A stretch of DNA of 64,000 bases from Spirochaetia bacterium (GCA_963675665.1 OY776510.1:4864001-4928000); one strand, 5' to 3'. Shown: positions 1-9,306, counted from the first letter of the stretch. Notes: generated by a model from the letters alone, not told the origin. Numbers and translations are program-made.

Positions 1-306
1 AATTACATCTACTTCACTCTGAATCAGGTTCTCAATTACCGATACCTGATCTGTAACATTTTTATGTGCGGAACCGACCCTGGTTATCAATTCAATATCT
101 ATTCCATGTGCCTTTGCATCTTCAACTGCCATTTCCATGAAATTTGTAGCTGTCTGATAAACACCTGTTATTGTAGGAGGAGCCCAGCCAATCTTGACAA
201 CCGGCAAACCGGACTCACTCAGCCTGGCCTCCTGCTGGCCGTTTGCGAAAGTTGCTGAAACCAGAATCAGTCCCAGAACCAACATCAGAAAAACCTTTTT
301 TCTCAC
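1..306 (-). CDS. Sugar ABC transporter substrate-binding protein (RbsB/periplasmic-binding-protein type 1), N-terminal part only; runs off the window edge
   Basis: Not in the ORF track. GTG at 306 follows GGAG; hand translation gives MRKKVFLMLVLGLILVSATFANGQQE...VVKIGWAPP...DQVSVIENLIQSEVDVI. It has a signal peptide and the RbsB-like Q..IENLI...VD.I motif, and is open to position 1. Confidence 0.8.
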   Translation of the reverse strand, partial: MRKKVFLMLVLGLILVSATFANGQQEARLSESGLPVVKIGWAPPTITGVYQTATNFMEMAVEDAKAHGIDIELITRVGSAHKNVTDQVSVIENLIQSEVDVI

Positions 307-340
307 TTTTGTCTCCTTAAAAATTAGTTGATAGACTAAA

Positions 341-357
341 AGCAGTAACCATGCCAA
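341..357 (-). promoter_or_regulatory. Putative sigma54 (-24/-12) promoter of the binding-protein gene
   Basis: Minus strand TTGGCATGGTTACTGCT (GG-N10-GC), about 35 nt upstream of the start codon and divergent from a sigma54 activator gene. Confidence 0.7.
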
Positions 358-583
358 AATTGCAGTAACAATTAAATTATTAAAGATCCGCCGAAAATTT
401 ACCGCTGGATCATATTTAAACAGTAAATCATTATGAAAATACCTAATTTCTATTTGACAATCTTTAAAAAGTAAAACAATAATCATAAATAACGCGATAT
501 ACATCAGCATAAACACATTACAGTTATGTAAACAGATTGTAACAGTTCTGTAAAACTGAATCAAATAAATTTGGAGAATCGTT

Positions 584-1942
584 TTGGGCCTAAATATTCT
601 AATAGTTGATGATCAAAAAAAGCATAATCAGACTCTTGCCCGCAGTCTTAAACTGAGAGGTAATGAAACATACAGCTGTGCCAACAGCGAACAGGCTTAT
701 AACGTACTTAAGAAAAACAAAATTGACTATATTCTCCTTGATATAATGCTTGATAATGAAGACGGTATTTCATTGATACCGAATTTCATAAATACGGCCC
801 CGGAATCAAAAATAATCATGATTACAGCATACGGAACAATATCATCAGCAGTTAAAGCCCTGAAACTCGGAGCTGAAGACTATATTCAAAAGCCGATTGA
901 TATCGAACATCTGGTTTGCATGCTGCAGTCAAACACTATCAGGAAATCAGGTAAAAAAAATAATTCCGGCACTATGGAAAACTGCGGCATCATAACCAAG
1001 AACAGGCAGATGCTTTCGGTCATTGAAAAAGCCAAACTATATGCATCATCAGATTTACCGGCCTTGATTATAGGAGAAAGCGGCACGGGAAAAGAACTGC
1101 TTGCGGACCTCATCCATGCCAATTCTTCATACTCCGAAAAAGCAATGCATAAAATAAATTCATCTGCATTCTCCGAATCACTTCTTGAAAGTGAACTGTT
1201 CGGACACGAGGAGGGGTCTTTTACCGGAGCGAAATCAACTCACAAGGGTATTTTTGAACGGGCAAACCACAGCAGCCTCTTTATGGACGAGATAGGAGAT
1301 ATGCCCCTTTCTCTGCAGGCAAAAATTCTCAGAACAATACAGAATCATGAAATTCTCAGACTTGGCGGGAAAGACACCATAAAAATTAATGTAAGATTTA
1401 TCGCCGCTACAAACAAGGATCTGTATACACTGGTCCATCAGAACCTGTTCAGACAGGATCTATACTACCGGCTTAACACAGGCATATTCAGACTGCCGCC
1501 CTTAAGAGAGAGAAAGGAAGATATCCCCGACCTGGTTAAATTCTTTATCGCTTCAAAGAAACAGAAATTTCATGATGCTGTCGAATTGGACGACAGTGTT
1601 ATCAACTTTTTTCTGGATTACGACTGGCCCGGAAATGTCCGGGAACTCCAGAGCGTAATATTCTATGCAGATGCAATCTGCCGTGACGGGAAAATCAGAA
1701 AAGAACACCTTCCTGAATATATCCTGTCGGAACTGAGCCCGTCAGTCTGTAACGGGTTGAGCTTTCAGGCGGAATATGATGACAGGGATGAAAAGACAGT
1801 AATCGAAAAAACACTTAAGGAAATGAACTACATCAAAAAAGATGTGGCTTTTAAACTCGGGATAAGCCGTCCGACACTTTACAGAAAGATGGAGAAATAC
1901 AATATCAACGGGCAAAAGCAAGATGAAACTTCTGTCATTTGA
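584..1942 (+). CDS. Sigma54-dependent response regulator (NtrC/AtoC family: REC-AAA+-Fis HTH)
   Basis: REC domain (IVDD, LLDIML, KP), Walker A GESGTGKE, ESELFGHEEGSFTGA, MDEIGDM, WPGNVREL, and HTH LGISRPTLYRKM. Confidence 0.95.
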   Translation: MGLNILIVDDQKKHNQTLARSLKLRGNETYSCANSEQAYNVLKKNKIDYILLDIMLDNEDGISLIPNFINTAPESKIIMITAYGTISSAVKALKLGAEDYIQKPIDIEHLVCMLQSNTIRKSGKKNNSGTMENCGIITKNRQMLSVIEKAKLYASSDLPALIIGESGTGKELLADLIHANSSYSEKAMHKINSSAFSESLLESELFGHEEGSFTGAKSTHKGIFERANHSSLFMDEIGDMPLSLQAKILRTIQNHEILRLGGKDTIKINVRFIAATNKDLYTLVHQNLFRQDLYYRLNTGIFRLPPLRERKEDIPDLVKFFIASKKQKFHDAVELDDSVINFFLDYDWPGNVRELQSVIFYADAICRDGKIRKEHLPEYILSELSPSVCNGLSFQAEYDDRDEKTVIEKTLKEMNYIKKDVAFKLGISRPTLYRKMEKYNINGQKQDETSVI

Positions 1943-3740
1943 GAATATCAGCTATTATCAGAACCATAAAGAAATATTAAATAATATATCCTTCTCTATC
2001 GGACCCGGAGATATTCAGGTTATACTTGGCGATAATAACTCAGGCCGTTCAATTCTGGCCCTGCTGTTATCAGGAAGAGCAAAACCGACATCCGGAGTAA
2101 TCAGATATAAAGGAAAACCTTATAAATCTTTTTCCATAACCGAAGCCAAGAAAAATGCAATAGAAATATGTACTACCGAGCTGAATCTTGTAGAATCCAT
2201 GAGCGTAGAAAAGAATCTGTTTATCGGAATTCAAAACCGGAAACTGCTTCAATTTTACAGCAACGCCTCATTCCATAAAAAAATAAACTCCTTTCTTGCT
2301 CATTATGATTTCAAAATCAATTCAAATCAGAAAGTAGCGGAGCTTGACATCTCGCAAAAGGCTGTAGTCAAGCTGCTGCAATGTATTTATTACAAACCCG
2401 AATTGCTTGTAATTGACGAACTGTTTTCGCTGATGTCTCACGACGACAGAAAAAAAGCGCTTCCAATCCTGAAAGAACTGAGAGAAAGCGGATGCTCCAT
2501 TTTGTATCTCACCCAGAGTATCGAAGGCATACTGGGAATTGCCGGGAAAGTGCGGATAATAAGAAAAGGTGAAATTGTATTCACTGAAGACTCCGAAAAC
2601 CTTGATGAAATTAATCTTGCTTCAATACTCTATTCCCAGGAAAGCGAAGACCAGGAGAATTCGCTATCCAACAGCGATTTTATGCAATACCTGAAATACA
2701 ACCAGGCGATATTAAGGGATTTACCGGTTAACCTCCTGGTGTTTGATCAGGATCATAAACTGAGGTTGTGCAACAAGGCGGCATCTGACTTCCTTGCAAA
2801 CGAAGAACTGAAAACAGATGTTTTCAAAATAATCAAGAACAGGGGAAACGATATCCCGATTGTGTTAACCGCGCTGGCTTCCAGAAAAGATGAAATCTTA
2901 TACAACATACCGGTCGAAGTAAATAATAAATCTTTTGTTACAAACCTTATCTTTTCGCCGGTTTTTAATAATAATATCTATATCGGCAAGATCATGATAA
3001 TTGACGACATAACACAGCAGCACAAACTGCGTGAATCTATAACACAAACCGAGAAATTTTCGTCAATCGGGCTTTTAACTTCGGGCGTTGCACATGAAAT
3101 CAACCATCCGCTGGGAATAATAGCGAATACTGTTGATTATCTCAAATCACTTAAAACAACGGATAAAATCAAATTTGAGATTGAAAGCATTGAAGATGAA
3201 GTAAAATCAATCAGTTATATCATCGGAAATCTGAAAGAATTTGCCAGTGATAATATTACCAAAACAGATTATTTTGATATTAATGATTTAATCAGAAAAG
3301 TATTACAGATAATGAGATTTTACTGCAGAGAAAACAATGCTGAAATAATTCTGGACGCTTTTCCCAGCAGCATCTTCGTAAAACTTAACCCAACCGATTT
3401 CAAGCATGTTCTGATTAATATAATAAAGAACAGTATTCAGGCCATGTCCGCATCCAAAAAAATCATTATCAAAACCGATCTGCTCTTATCCAGTACTGAA
3501 GCAAAAACAATTGTAACAATTACGGATAACGGTCCGGGAATAAGCGCCGAAGATCCTAACGATGTATTTTTACCGTTTTACTCTACAAAAAGGGAAATCG
3601 GCGAAGGTATGGGGCTGGGACTGTATCTTACATATAAAATGGTACTATCAATGAACGGCAATATAAATGTTAAGAATTTGCCGGGAGAAGGCTGCAGATT
3701 CTCAATCGAATTGCCTGTCAGCCATCCGCCCGGATATTAG
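1923..3740 (+). CDS. Sensor histidine kinase with an N-terminal degenerate sugar-ABC ATPase (NBD) domain and a PAS-like linker; no transmembrane segment
   Basis: Residues 1-~240 follow the RbsA/MglA NBD1 motif order. The C-terminus has H-box AHEINHPL, N-box VLINIIKNS, DNGPGI, FLPFYSTK and GMGLGL. Confidence 0.9.
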   Translation: MKLLSFENISYYQNHKEILNNISFSIGPGDIQVILGDNNSGRSILALLLSGRAKPTSGVIRYKGKPYKSFSITEAKKNAIEICTTELNLVESMSVEKNLFIGIQNRKLLQFYSNASFHKKINSFLAHYDFKINSNQKVAELDISQKAVVKLLQCIYYKPELLVIDELFSLMSHDDRKKALPILKELRESGCSILYLTQSIEGILGIAGKVRIIRKGEIVFTEDSENLDEINLASILYSQESEDQENSLSNSDFMQYLKYNQAILRDLPVNLLVFDQDHKLRLCNKAASDFLANEELKTDVFKIIKNRGNDIPIVLTALASRKDEILYNIPVEVNNKSFVTNLIFSPVFNNNIYIGKIMIIDDITQQHKLRESITQTEKFSSIGLLTSGVAHEINHPLGIIANTVDYLKSLKTTDKIKFEIESIEDEVKSISYIIGNLKEFASDNITKTDYFDINDLIRKVLQIMRFYCRENNAEIILDAFPSSIFVKLNPTDFKHVLINIIKNSIQAMSASKKIIIKTDLLLSSTEAKTIVTITDNGPGISAEDPNDVFLPFYSTKREIGEGMGLGLYLTYKMVLSMNGNINVKNLPGEGCRFSIELPVSHPPGY

Positions 3741-3742
3741 AA

Positions 3743-4603
3743 TCAAAATAGACTTTTTATAAAACTGCAGGCTTTTTCTGCATCCTCATCAAGATTATGC
3801 CCCGGGACCAGCTCACGGTGAAGACTTACCGATTCAGCTACCCCGCCGCCGGGGATTACAAAGGGCTCGAACACAATATAACCCTTGTATTGTATCTCTT
3901 TTATTGCTTTTATTATCTCCTCCCACGGAACATGGCCGGAGCCGGGGACTTTACGATTACTTTCTCCGAAATGGATATGACCAACCCAGTTTCCTGATGT
4001 TCTGATAGCTTCGGCAATACTGTCTTCTTCTATGTTCATATGAAAAGTGTCAAGCAGGAGTTTACAATTACTGCTTCCGACCCTTTCGCAGAATTCAACG
4101 CCCTCTTCAGCTGTGTTAATTAAAAAATGTTCAAAACGGTTGAGAACTTCCAGATTTACAGTAATATTTAAATCTTCCGCATAATTCATCAACTCTTTGA
4201 CGCTTTTAACAGATATATCAAGTATCTCCTCTTTACCTGCGCCCCTGCCTGATAAAAATCCGGGCCAGCATGAATATGTGATGCCGCCTAATCTGTCAAT
4301 ACCGCAGGCATTTAAAGCCATGTAAACTTTCCTGAAATAATCCATTCCTGCTTTTCTGATATTTTGATCAGTTGATGCAATATCATATTCCGGAGCTGTT
4401 CCGATACATGCCGACAAAGCAACGCCTGTTCTCTCTGCTTCTTCTTTCAAAAAGGCCTTTTCCTTATCAGTAAATGAGATTAAACAATCTGCATTCACTT
4501 CCAGGACATCAAATCCAAGAGTTTTAACTTTTTCCAGATATGAGAAGAAATCACATGTCCAGTCTTTTTCCCAATATGCATAATAAATACCTATTTTGTT
4601 CAT
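3743..4603 (-). CDS. dpe: Ketose 3-epimerase (D-psicose/D-tagatose 3-epimerase family)
   Basis: N-terminal GIYYAYWE; metal/catalytic motifs LEVLNRFE, LLDTFHMNIEE, GHIHFGESNR.PG.G and FEPF. Confidence 0.85.
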   Translation of the reverse strand: MNKIGIYYAYWEKDWTCDFFSYLEKVKTLGFDVLEVNADCLISFTDKEKAFLKEEAERTGVALSACIGTAPEYDIASTDQNIRKAGMDYFRKVYMALNACGIDRLGGITYSCWPGFLSGRGAGKEEILDISVKSVKELMNYAEDLNITVNLEVLNRFEHFLINTAEEGVEFCERVGSSNCKLLLDTFHMNIEEDSIAEAIRTSGNWVGHIHFGESNRKVPGSGHVPWEEIIKAIKEIQYKGYIVFEPFVIPGGGVAESVSLHRELVPGHNLDEDAEKACSFIKSLF

Positions 4604-4615
4604 TTTGCTCTCCTG

Positions 4616-5065
4616 TTAAAAATAAATAATTTTCTCCAAACTCATAATCTTTCGATCTGCAGTTTCCGTACCCTCATTAAATACAATCTGAAGTGATGCC
4701 GATTCTCCGTTCGTTGCAGCCGGATGATAATGCCAGATTCCCGGCCTGATTATGACGGAATCACCGCAAACCAGATGGAAAACCGCAATTTCCTTCAGAT
4801 CAGCTGATACCGGAAGCAATACCTCTCCGTCAAGAACCGTCATCAACTCAAAACTATCGCTGTGCTGCTCCAGTTCAGTCAACTCTCTGTTCCGCTGAAA
4901 AACCCTGAGAAACCCAACGCTTATTATCTTTTCGGAAAGGGCAATATTACCCCAGTAAACCATTTCATCCGATTCAAAAACAGGACAACTTTGTTGTGCC
5001 TGAATTATTTTTCCGAACGGACTAAAATCTCCGGCAGAGAGGTTCCTGATAATTACATCACCCAT
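4616..5065 (-). CDS. Ureidoglycolate lyase-like (AllA/cupin-fold) protein
   Basis: F.PFG.II N-terminus, LEQH..SFE and PGIWH motifs. Start re-set to the ATG at 5065, which overlaps the upstream stop. Confidence 0.65.
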   Translation of the reverse strand: MGDVIIRNLSAGDFSPFGKIIQAQQSCPVFESDEMVYWGNIALSEKIISVGFLRVFQRNRELTELEQHSDSFELMTVLDGEVLLPVSADLKEIAVFHLVCGDSVIIRPGIWHYHPAATNGESASLQIVFNEGTETADRKIMSLEKIIYF

Positions 5066-5462
5066 TGAGCCGCTCGCAGAATTCCAGTTCAACCCCGCTG
5101 GGATCTTTTATCAGAATTATTTTTACGCCCAAATTTGGAACATCTGTCACTGGAAGCGTGATTTCAAACCCGGCACTTTCTATCTTTCCCGCCAGATCGT
5201 TCAGGTTGTCCGTCCAAAATGCAGCATGACGGAATATTCCGCCGTCGTCAGCCCTGGTAGTAATATTCCTGTTGCTGCCGAAATAATCTATCAACTCCAG
5301 CCTTACGCTGCCGCCGGGAATTTCATAATAGGTAATCTCATGATCGCCCATATTGACGACTTCAATCTTATTAAAGCCCAGGATGCTCTCATAAAAATGA
5401 CAACTCTTTTTTATATCTGTGACATTAATTGTCACATGATTTAAAGTAATATTCATACTCAT
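5058..5462 (-). CDS. VOC/glyoxalase family protein
   Basis: LNHVTINVTD..KS.HFYE.ILGF, RLELI, HAAF and KDPSGVELEF. Confidence 0.9.
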   Translation of the reverse strand: MSMNITLNHVTINVTDIKKSCHFYESILGFNKIEVVNMGDHEITYYEIPGGSVRLELIDYFGSNRNITTRADDGGIFRHAAFWTDNLNDLAGKIESAGFEITLPVTDVPNLGVKIILIKDPSGVELEFCERLNG

Positions 5463-5469
5463 TCCAGCC

Positions 5470-6261
5470 TTAGATATGACGGATTACACCGGCATCGATC
5501 AGAACAGTATTACCGTTTATACCCGGATTAGCCGCAGTGTTAACAACAGAACGGGCAACCTCCTCAACATCAAGGAATCGTTGCAGAAGAGAATCCGAAT
5601 CATTTCCGGTTTTAAAGTATTCTTCCTTCTGTTCTTCAACAGAAATATTATTCTGGTTTGCAAGCGATTCCATATAAGCGGCAACGCCGTCAGTCCAGGT
5701 TGTTACCGGACAAACACTGTTCACAGTAACATTTGTGCCTTTTGTAAGTTCGGCCAGGGCCCGGCTCATTCCTATTATTGCAGCTTTTGTGGTTGAGTAA
5801 GGCACCAGATCTCCATTCGGACGCAGCCCCGCTTCGCTCGAGATATTTACAATATCGCCGCTGTTGCGTTTCAACATCTTCGGAAGAACCAGCCTGCACA
5901 ATCTCATTGCAGCCATGACGTTCATTTCCCAATACCTGTACCAGTCCTCGTCCGTACTCTCCTCAAAAGGAACAACAGGATATATTCCGAGGTTATTTAC
6001 CAGAATATCTATTCCTTTTCCGTCGTCGGCTTCATCTACCAGTCTTTTACAGTCATCTATACTGGTCAAATCAGCAACAGAGCCGGTTACACCGGAATAT
6101 TTTAACGAAAGCTCCGATACAGTTTTCTCGACTTCATCCTTAAAGCAGCTATTAATGACAACAGTTGCTTCTTCTTTTAAAAATTCTTCAGCGATCCCCT
6201 TTCCGATACCGGAAGTGGATCCCGTTACAAGAATCTTTTTGCCTTTCAGCCTTAAATCCAT
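5470..6261 (-). CDS. Short-chain dehydrogenase/reductase
   Basis: TGSTSGIG, DILVNNLG, NISS and YSTTK. Confidence 0.93.
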   Translation of the reverse strand: MDLRLKGKKILVTGSTSGIGKGIAEEFLKEEATVVINSCFKDEVEKTVSELSLKYSGVTGSVADLTSIDDCKRLVDEADDGKGIDILVNNLGIYPVVPFEESTDEDWYRYWEMNVMAAMRLCRLVLPKMLKRNSGDIVNISSEAGLRPNGDLVPYSTTKAAIIGMSRALAELTKGTNVTVNSVCPVTTWTDGVAAYMESLANQNNISVEEQKEEYFKTGNDSDSLLQRFLDVEEVARSVVNTAANPGINGNTVLIDAGVIRHI

Positions 6262-6296
6262 CTGAAATCTCCTTATAATTTACAATGCAGAAGATA

Positions 6297-6314
6297 TTGC
6301 AATATATGTGCCAA
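6297..6314 (-). promoter_or_regulatory. Sigma54 (-24/-12) promoter of the SDR-VOC-cupin-epimerase operon
   Basis: Minus strand TTGGCACATATATTGCAA is a perfect TGGCAC-N5-TTGCA consensus, 35 nt upstream of the SDR start. Confidence 0.85.
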
Positions 6315-6449
6315 TTGTTTATCCGCCAATTTTCAGCATCAATCAGGTATTTTCTGAACAATTTGATATTGTTGCTGTAAAGAAATCCTGATTTTGTTAC
6401 AAATCTGTAACTGAAATAATGTAACAGACAGGCAACAAACAGATTTATT

Positions 6450-6478
6450 TTGACATAGCCAAATTCGTATTGTATACT
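6450..6478 (+). promoter_or_regulatory. Sigma70-type promoter of the AOR gene
   Basis: TTGACA-N17-TATACT. Confidence 0.7.
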
Positions 6479-6515
6479 TTGTAAAATATATGTTATAAGG
6501 ATTATGGAGACTAAC

Positions 6516-8345
6516 ATGAAAACAAAAGGATATATGGGCAAGATCGCCAGGGTTGATCTGTCACGAAAAAAAATCGAGATTATTGAACTTGATGATGCGT
6601 TCGCACGTAAATATATTGGGGGCTCCGGTTTCGGAGCAAAATTTCTTTATGATGAAACAGGGCCGGAAACCGATCCTCTCGGACCGGACAATCTGCTAAT
6701 CTTTGCAACAGGCCCGGTAACCGGAACAAAAGCATTTAATTCGGACAGATTCGAGGTAATTACAAAATCGCCCAAATCAGGAATGTACGGCGAAGCAAAC
6801 TGCGGAGGCAGATGGGGCAGCAGATTTAAAAAGTGCGGATTTGACGCCCTTGTGATTAAAGGCTGCTCGGATAAACCTGTATACCTGGATATTTCCGACG
6901 GAGAAATCAGCATAAACGATGCCTCGGATCTGTGGGGACTGGACACCTTTAAAACACATTCCAATCTCAAGGAAAAAAACGGAGCTAAATCGGAAGTTGC
7001 ATGTATCGGTCCATCCGGAGAAATGATGATGCCCATTGCGGCAATAATAGCAGACGGACGCCACGGGAGGGCAGCCGGTCGTTCGGGAGTAGGCGCCGTA
7101 ATGGGATCCAAGAAGCTAAAAGCTGTCGTTGTAAACGGAACCCGGGAAATAGAAACAGCTGATGTCGACCTTATCACATCAACAAATAAAGCAGTTCTTC
7201 CGACAATGAGGACTGATGCAAAAGCTTTAACAGAAGCAGGCACAGCCTGCTCGCTTGATCTTTTCGAAGAAATCGGAAATCTGCCGATCAAAAACTGGTA
7301 CCAGGGCAACTGGCAGCCGGCGGTTGATAATCTCACCGGCTATGCGTCGATAGCAAAAACCAAAGTAAAAGACTACGGCTGCGGAAACTGCCCTATTCGC
7401 TGCGGCAAGGTTACCCTGACAAAGGGCGGCGAATACGACGGGGTTGATGTTGCAGCGCCCGAGTATGAAACCGTAGCCCTGATGGGGTCAAACTGCCTGA
7501 TAGATGATTATGATACAATCGTTAAGCAGAACGAAATCTGCAATGCATACGGTGTGGACACAATTGCGGCGGGAAACATCATTGCCTTTGCAATGGAAGC
7601 ATACGAACGCGGGATACTGACCGATGAACATACCGGAGGTATGGATCTGAGCTTCGGCAATGTCGATTCAGCAAAAAAACTTCTTGAAACAGTAGTAAAA
7701 AAGGAAGGCTTTCTCGGAGATCTTTTTAAAACGGGAATCAGGGATGCCGCAAAAAAACTGGGTAAAAACTCTGAAGAATTTGCGTTAAACGTCAAGAACC
7801 AGGAAATACCGGCACATGACCCCCGCGCCAATTTTTCACTGGCAATAAACTATGCGACCTCAAACCGCGGGGCCTGCCACCTGACATTCAGCCAGGACTA
7901 TGAAGAGGGAAATGTTCCCAAACTGGGCGCGCCAGATCAAAAGGGCAGATTCTCGCCAGACAAAGCTGTTTATTCCGCCAGAATGCAGGACTGGGCAACA
8001 ATGTTTGATTCTCTGTGTTTATGCAAATTCGCACGTTACGGAGGGGTTATGATCGACGAATGCCTGAATTACCTGAACGGATCAACCGGCTGGGATTTTA
8101 CTGCCGAGGAATTCATTCAGGCTGGCGAAAGGCTTTTTAATCTAAAACGCATGTATAATGTCCGGCACGGGGCATCCAGAAAGGACGATCAGCTTCCGCT
8201 TCGGATGCAGACGCACAGGCGCGGAGGAGGAACAAATGAACTTCCGCCGTTTAACATCATGCTTAACGAGTATTACCAGGCCAGGGGCTGGGACGACATG
8301 GGAATACCGCATGAAGAAAAACTGAAAGAGCTCCAACTGAAATAA
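6516..8345 (+). CDS. aor: Aldehyde:ferredoxin oxidoreductase family protein (W/Mo-pterin, 4Fe-4S)
   Basis: GYMGKIARVDLS, GPETDPLGPDN, RAAGRSGVGAVMGSKKLKA, C..CPI.C, PEYET, HDPR, SNRGACH and YY.ARGWD. Start at the ATG at 6516, after GGAG. Confidence 0.93.
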   Translation: MKTKGYMGKIARVDLSRKKIEIIELDDAFARKYIGGSGFGAKFLYDETGPETDPLGPDNLLIFATGPVTGTKAFNSDRFEVITKSPKSGMYGEANCGGRWGSRFKKCGFDALVIKGCSDKPVYLDISDGEISINDASDLWGLDTFKTHSNLKEKNGAKSEVACIGPSGEMMMPIAAIIADGRHGRAAGRSGVGAVMGSKKLKAVVVNGTREIETADVDLITSTNKAVLPTMRTDAKALTEAGTACSLDLFEEIGNLPIKNWYQGNWQPAVDNLTGYASIAKTKVKDYGCGNCPIRCGKVTLTKGGEYDGVDVAAPEYETVALMGSNCLIDDYDTIVKQNEICNAYGVDTIAAGNIIAFAMEAYERGILTDEHTGGMDLSFGNVDSAKKLLETVVKKEGFLGDLFKTGIRDAAKKLGKNSEEFALNVKNQEIPAHDPRANFSLAINYATSNRGACHLTFSQDYEEGNVPKLGAPDQKGRFSPDKAVYSARMQDWATMFDSLCLCKFARYGGVMIDECLNYLNGSTGWDFTAEEFIQAGERLFNLKRMYNVRHGASRKDDQLPLRMQTHRRGGGTNELPPFNIMLNEYYQARGWDDMGIPHEEKLKELQLK

Positions 8346-8352
8346 TTCCGGT

Positions 8353-9306
8353 TTAACAGAAACCGGCCGCAACAGTATTTGTTCCGGCCGGTTTCGAATC
8401 AAACTTAATTTCGTAAGCGAAATTTAATTTTCTGTAATAATCTAGTTCGATAAAATCGGTAGGTCTGACTTCTCCATCATCCATCTCAAAATAATTTATT
8501 TCTGCTAATTTCAATAGCTTATAAATAAATTGGGAACAAAAAAGAATATTAGGTTTTGCCGAGAACTTTAAAATCAAGCCAAGTATATTATATGCATTTC
8601 CAGCCTTATTAATATCAGATACTTTATCAATCATTAAATGCTTTCTTTTTCCGGGTACTGCTAATTTATAAATAATTAGTGAGGCATCTTTTTTCCTGTT
8701 AAACCATTCAATCCTCTCATGATTAAGTCCCGGAGGATAAAGATGATCTCCTCCATTATAACTAATAATAGTTTCAAGATTCGAATCAAATGAAATTGAA
8801 ATATGATTATAGATTTTTTTGGTAAATATGGATATCACTTCGCTTGCAGCGCTCCCGGTATTCGATAATACAATATATATATTCTCATCATTAACTGTAT
8901 CATATGCTTTTTTAAAATATTCATCAGATAAGGAATTTTTGTTTATATATTTGAATGAATTGTGTCTGGGTAAATCTTTTAGTATTTCAAAAATAACACC
9001 ATATGTAATCTTTTCTTTAATTTTCTTTAAATGGTCAATATGATTACTGATATTTTTTTCATACCCGATAGTCGCTGTATAATTTGTTCTATTCCTGTCA
9101 TCAACAGCAGAAAACATAAACTGTTCCATAAAAAATGGACTGAAAACAATTATTGCGCCGATCATTCTGAAAAAAACAAAGAATCCGGCAGAATTGTCTG
9201 CAGCAAATATGATTATAGTATTTAAAACGAATCCAAATACTAATATTCCGGTATAAATAAAAATTGCATAAATTTTATGCTTACGGTCATCTCCTTTTAA
9301 TAACAT
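8353..9306 (-). CDS. Membrane-anchored hypothetical protein with a permuted NlpC/P60 (YiiX/YaeF-like) C-terminal domain
   Basis: Two N-terminal hydrophobic helices, then YIVLS.TGS, YNHISISFD (His), YN..GL and FCSQF (Cys) in permuted His-before-Cys order. Visibly AT-rich. Confidence 0.6.
   Translation of the reverse strand: MLLKGDDRKHKIYAIFIYTGILVFGFVLNTIIIFAADNSAGFFVFFRMIGAIIVFSPFFMEQFMFSAVDDRNRTNYTATIGYEKNISNHIDHLKKIKEKITYGVIFEILKDLPRHNSFKYINKNSLSDEYFKKAYDTVNDENIYIVLSNTGSAASEVISIFTKKIYNHISISFDSNLETIISYNGGDHLYPPGLNHERIEWFNRKKDASLIIYKLAVPGKRKHLMIDKVSDINKAGNAYNILGLILKFSAKPNILFCSQFIYKLLKLAEINYFEMDDGEVRPTDFIELDYYRKLNFAYEIKFDSKPAGTNTVAAGFC
8359..8395. terminator. Stem-loop between convergent genes (copy 1 of a repeated hairpin)
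   Basis: GAAACCGGCCG...CGGCCGGTTTC, an 11-bp stem just after the aor stop. Confidence 0.6.

Noticed and set aside
6647-7336. 229-aa minus-strand ORF and the many other 60-190 aa overlapping ORFs in the track
   Set aside because: Antisense or alternate-frame shadows of confidently assigned genes.
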